A stretch of 64,000 bases of DNA from Clostridia bacterium (GTDB lineage Bacteria; Bacillota; Clostridia; Oscillospirales; Acutalibacteraceae). The DNA is taken from the NCBI GenBank assembly GCA_017480115.1, contig JAFVBH010000001.1:7809-71808 (forward strand), written 5' to 3'. Shown here piece after piece: positions 61,725 to 64,000 of the stretch. The number at the start of each line of letters is the position of its first letter. The stretch's first letter is position 1. The position numbers and the translations under genes were made by a program. Under the pieces are notes generated by a model, which saw only the letters and a program-made list of their open reading frames with translations, searched no databases and was not told the DNA's origin.

Positions 61725-62698
61725 TCGTGCGCACCCCGTTTCGCATGTCTTTTTTCGGCGGCGGCACGGATTTTACGGAATATTTTTCCGCTTACGGCGG
61801 CAGCGTCCTGTCCACCACCATTGACAAGTACTGCTATCTTACCCTGCGGCACATGCCGCCGTTTTTTGAATATCAAAGTCAGCTCACCTATTCGCAAATT
61901 GAGCGTTTTAACGCGCCGGAGGAGCTGCAGCATCCGCTGGTACGGGAAGCATTGCAGTATCTGCCGACAGAACGCATACAGATCAGTTATGACGCCGATT
62001 TACCCGCTTGCTCCGGAATCGGCTCCAGCTCCGCCTTCGCGGTGGGCTTGCTGCAGGGACTGCACGCCTTGCGGGGGGAATACCCTGACCGTATGACGCT
62101 TGCAAAGGAAGCCATTTATCTGGAACGGGAGCGCTGCGGCGAAGCGGGCGGCGTACAGGATCAGCTGGCGGCGGCGTTCGGCGGCTTTAACCGATTGAAT
62201 TTCACTGCCGACGGCTATGAAGTTCTGCCGATTCAGATTTCAAAAGCGCGGGCAGATGCTTTTCAAAATCAGCTTCTTTTGCTTTTTACCGGTTTCACCC
62301 ATGTTTCCGGCATTGTTGCCCGGGAGCAAAAACAGAATATTCCCGCGACGCTTGCCCAACTGAACGAAATGAAGGCGCTTGCGGACATTGCGCAGGAAAT
62401 TCTGATAAATGGAGATATGGACGAATTTGGAAGGCTGCTGGATCATACATGGCGGCTGAAGCGCACCCTGTCTTCCCGCATCACCAATGATGCAATCGAT
62501 GCGATCTACCTAAAGGCGAAAGCCTGCGGCGCTTTGGGCGGGAAACTGCTGGGCGCCGGCGGCGGCGGATTTATGCTGCTGTACGTCCCGCAGGAAAAAC
62601 GCGAACATCTGCTTTCGCGCATGCAGGCATATAAATTTGTGCCCTTTGCTTTTGAAAATACCGGCACCCAGATTCTGTACCGCAATGATACGATGTAA
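61718..62698 (+). CDS. GHMP-family sugar kinase (heptose-7-phosphate kinase HddA-like)
   Basis: MLIVRTPFRMSFFGGGTDF...GGSVLSTTIDKY...PACSGIGSSSAF...GGKLLGAGGGGF. Confidence 0.8.
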   Translation: MLIVRTPFRMSFFGGGTDFTEYFSAYGGSVLSTTIDKYCYLTLRHMPPFFEYQSQLTYSQIERFNAPEELQHPLVREALQYLPTERIQISYDADLPACSGIGSSSAFAVGLLQGLHALRGEYPDRMTLAKEAIYLERERCGEAGGVQDQLAAAFGGFNRLNFTADGYEVLPIQISKARADAFQNQLLLLFTGFTHVSGIVAREQKQNIPATLAQLNEMKALADIAQEILINGDMDEFGRLLDHTWRLKRTLSSRITNDAIDAIYLKAKACGALGGKLLGAGGGGFMLLYVPQEKREHLLSRMQAYKFVPFAFENTGTQILYRNDTM

Positions 62699-62717
62699 AA
62701 CAGCTGAATCTGCAAAG

Positions 62718-62751
62718 AAAAAAGACGATTGCCCATGCAATCGTCTTTTTT
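62718..62751. terminator. bidirectional terminator between the sugar operon and the tRNA
   Basis: AAAAAAGACGATTGC-ccat-GCAATCGTCTTTTTT. Confidence 0.8.
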
Positions 62752-62752
62752 C

Positions 62753-62828
<76 letters not shown>

Positions 62829-62860
62829 AATAACAACCATGCCCTCAACAGGCAAGAGCT

Positions 62861-62889
62861 ATTATACATTCTTCCGCCGTCGATGTCAA
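62861..62889 (-). promoter_or_regulatory. consensus promoter for the tRNA
   Basis: The minus strand reads TTGACA, 17-nt spacer, TATAAT (preceded by TG), about 30 nt upstream of the tRNA 5' end. Confidence 0.75.
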
Positions 62890-62909
62890 CCTTTTTTCAG
62901 TATTTTGTG

Positions 62910-62935
62910 AAAAAAACTTGCGCATATGGCGCAAA
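62910..62935 (-). terminator. terminator after the lipid-kinase gene
   Basis: The minus strand reads TTGCGC-catat-GCGCAAG followed by TTTTTTT. Confidence 0.7.
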
Positions 62936-62960
62936 CGCCTTGCGCCGCATACAGTCGTTA

Positions 62961-63920
62961 TTACTTCTCGATCGGACGCTTGCTGCTGATTTTCCCGCTT
63001 TTCACGTCGGCAAAATAGGTGGAATTTGCGGGAACGACAAACTTTACCGCTTTGTCCAGCAGCTTCATTTCCGCGTGTTTTGTATACTGGATTTCGCCGT
63101 CCACGTTGACGACCTCCGTATTATTGCTGCTGACGCGCACGCGTCTGGCGCGCTTAAAATAGGTGCGGTCCCAAGACAGGTGCTTGCCGCTCTTATAATC
63201 ATTGATAAGCCCGAGGAACTTGATCTTCGGAATATCCTTGCGGACGATCACCACGTCCAGAAGTCCGTCGTCGGGCATTGCCAGCGGCGCAGCCATGAAG
63301 CCGCCGCCGTACCAGCGACTGTTGCCCACGTAGCAGAACAGCACATTCATGGTCATGGGCGGGTCGTCGTCCAGTTGAATGGTGAAATCCTGCCCTTTCA
63401 TATTGATAAAACAATACAGCAGCGCGGCAACATAGGCGCTCTCGCCCTTGAGCCACGGAATTTTCTTAAAGCTCGCCTGTTTGTCGCAAACATTGGCGTC
63501 AAAGCCCATGGAGCATTGATTGATCGCGATCTTTCCGTTGCAGTCGATCACGTCCAGCGCGACGGGCGTGCCGTCGATCTGCGCGCCTATATCCGCCAGC
63601 TGTTCATGATCGCCGAACAGCCGGATAAAGTCGTTGCCGGAGCCCATGGGAATACAGGCAACCTCCGCATTGTCACAGCCGATAACGCCGTTAAAGACGT
63701 CATACAGCGTACCGTCGCCGCCACAGGCGTAAAAACGGATATGCGTGCCGGTCTGCGCCTGTGCGCGGGTATAGGTCTCTCCTTCGCCGGGAGCGGTCGT
63801 CATATGGATCTCATAGTCCAGACCGCGCGCCTTGCAAACGGAATCGATCTGCGGCAGAATACGCGCCGCGCCCTTGCCCTTGCCCGCATGCGGGTTCACA
63901 ATAAAAATGTGTTTCACCAT
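62961..63920 (-). CDS. diacylglycerol/lipid kinase (DagK/YegS family)
   Basis: IFIVNPHAGKGKG...YACGGDGTLYDV...IPMGSGNDF. Confidence 0.9.
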   Translation of the reverse strand: MVKHIFIVNPHAGKGKGAARILPQIDSVCKARGLDYEIHMTTAPGEGETYTRAQAQTGTHIRFYACGGDGTLYDVFNGVIGCDNAEVACIPMGSGNDFIRLFGDHEQLADIGAQIDGTPVALDVIDCNGKIAINQCSMGFDANVCDKQASFKKIPWLKGESAYVAALLYCFINMKGQDFTIQLDDDPPMTMNVLFCYVGNSRWYGGGFMAAPLAMPDDGLLDVVIVRKDIPKIKFLGLINDYKSGKHLSWDRTYFKRARRVRVSSNNTEVVNVDGEIQYTKHAEMKLLDKAVKFVVPANSTYFADVKSGKISSKRPIEK

Positions 63921-64000
63921 GCACCTCTCCTTTTTACCTGAAATACATATAGTATTGACATTTTATCATGCCGTTATAAAGCTTTCTGCGTTTGTCGGCA

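Overview
The window has two compositionally distinct parts. (A) nt 1 to about 20544 is an AT-rich island. Spot counts of 60-nt lines give about 37-42% G+C, against about 58-63% to the right. It holds a tightly overlapping minus-strand serine-recombinase operon: a resolvase-like protein lacking the catalytic Ser, a 634-aa large serine recombinase, two free-standing copies of the recombinase C-terminal module, and a ParB-like gene that runs off the left edge and is absent from the ORF track. Next come a divergent XRE/XRE switch and about 13 kb of co-oriented cargo. The cargo includes three unrelated metallophosphoesterases, a CxxCxxCC protein, an RHH(DinJ-like)-phosphatase operon, an AbrB-MNT nucleotidyltransferase fusion, a zinc-ribbon protein with an NDT/TIR-like domain, and a NADAR protein. 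A MerR operon follows, then a roughly 450-bp ORF-free region with three arrays of short phased direct repeats. No capsid, terminase or conjugation genes are visible. (B) nt 20545-64000 is G+C-rich Clostridia-type chromosome. It encodes LytTR/DUF3021/TraX, glycoside hydrolases, a nitrilase-family enzyme, CsaA, LysR, a 1289-aa repetitive surface protein, and sulfur/PLP enzymes (aminotransferase, NifS-like, TtcA-like, Cys/Met gamma-enzyme). It also encodes MutY, a LuxR-KorDABC-PanE operon, two convergent ANL-ligase paralogs, a two-component system, a heptose-type nucleotide-sugar locus with a B12-radical SAM enzyme, tRNA-Thr(GGU) and a DagK-type lipid kinase. The best leads for something undescribed are: (1) the zinc-ribbon NDT/TIR-like plus NADAR module; (2) the RHH-phosphatase and AbrB-MNT operon; (3) the inactive-resolvase plus triplicated-module recombinase operon; (4) the phased repeat arrays at the island end; (5) a 509-bp nested palindromic element upstream of mutY, with related copies elsewhere; (6) the heptose/B12-rSAM locus; (7) the leader terminator plus Cys-rich micro-ORF and the unusual C-terminal tail of the giant surface protein. 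All functional calls rest on motifs recognised by eye. No database search was run.
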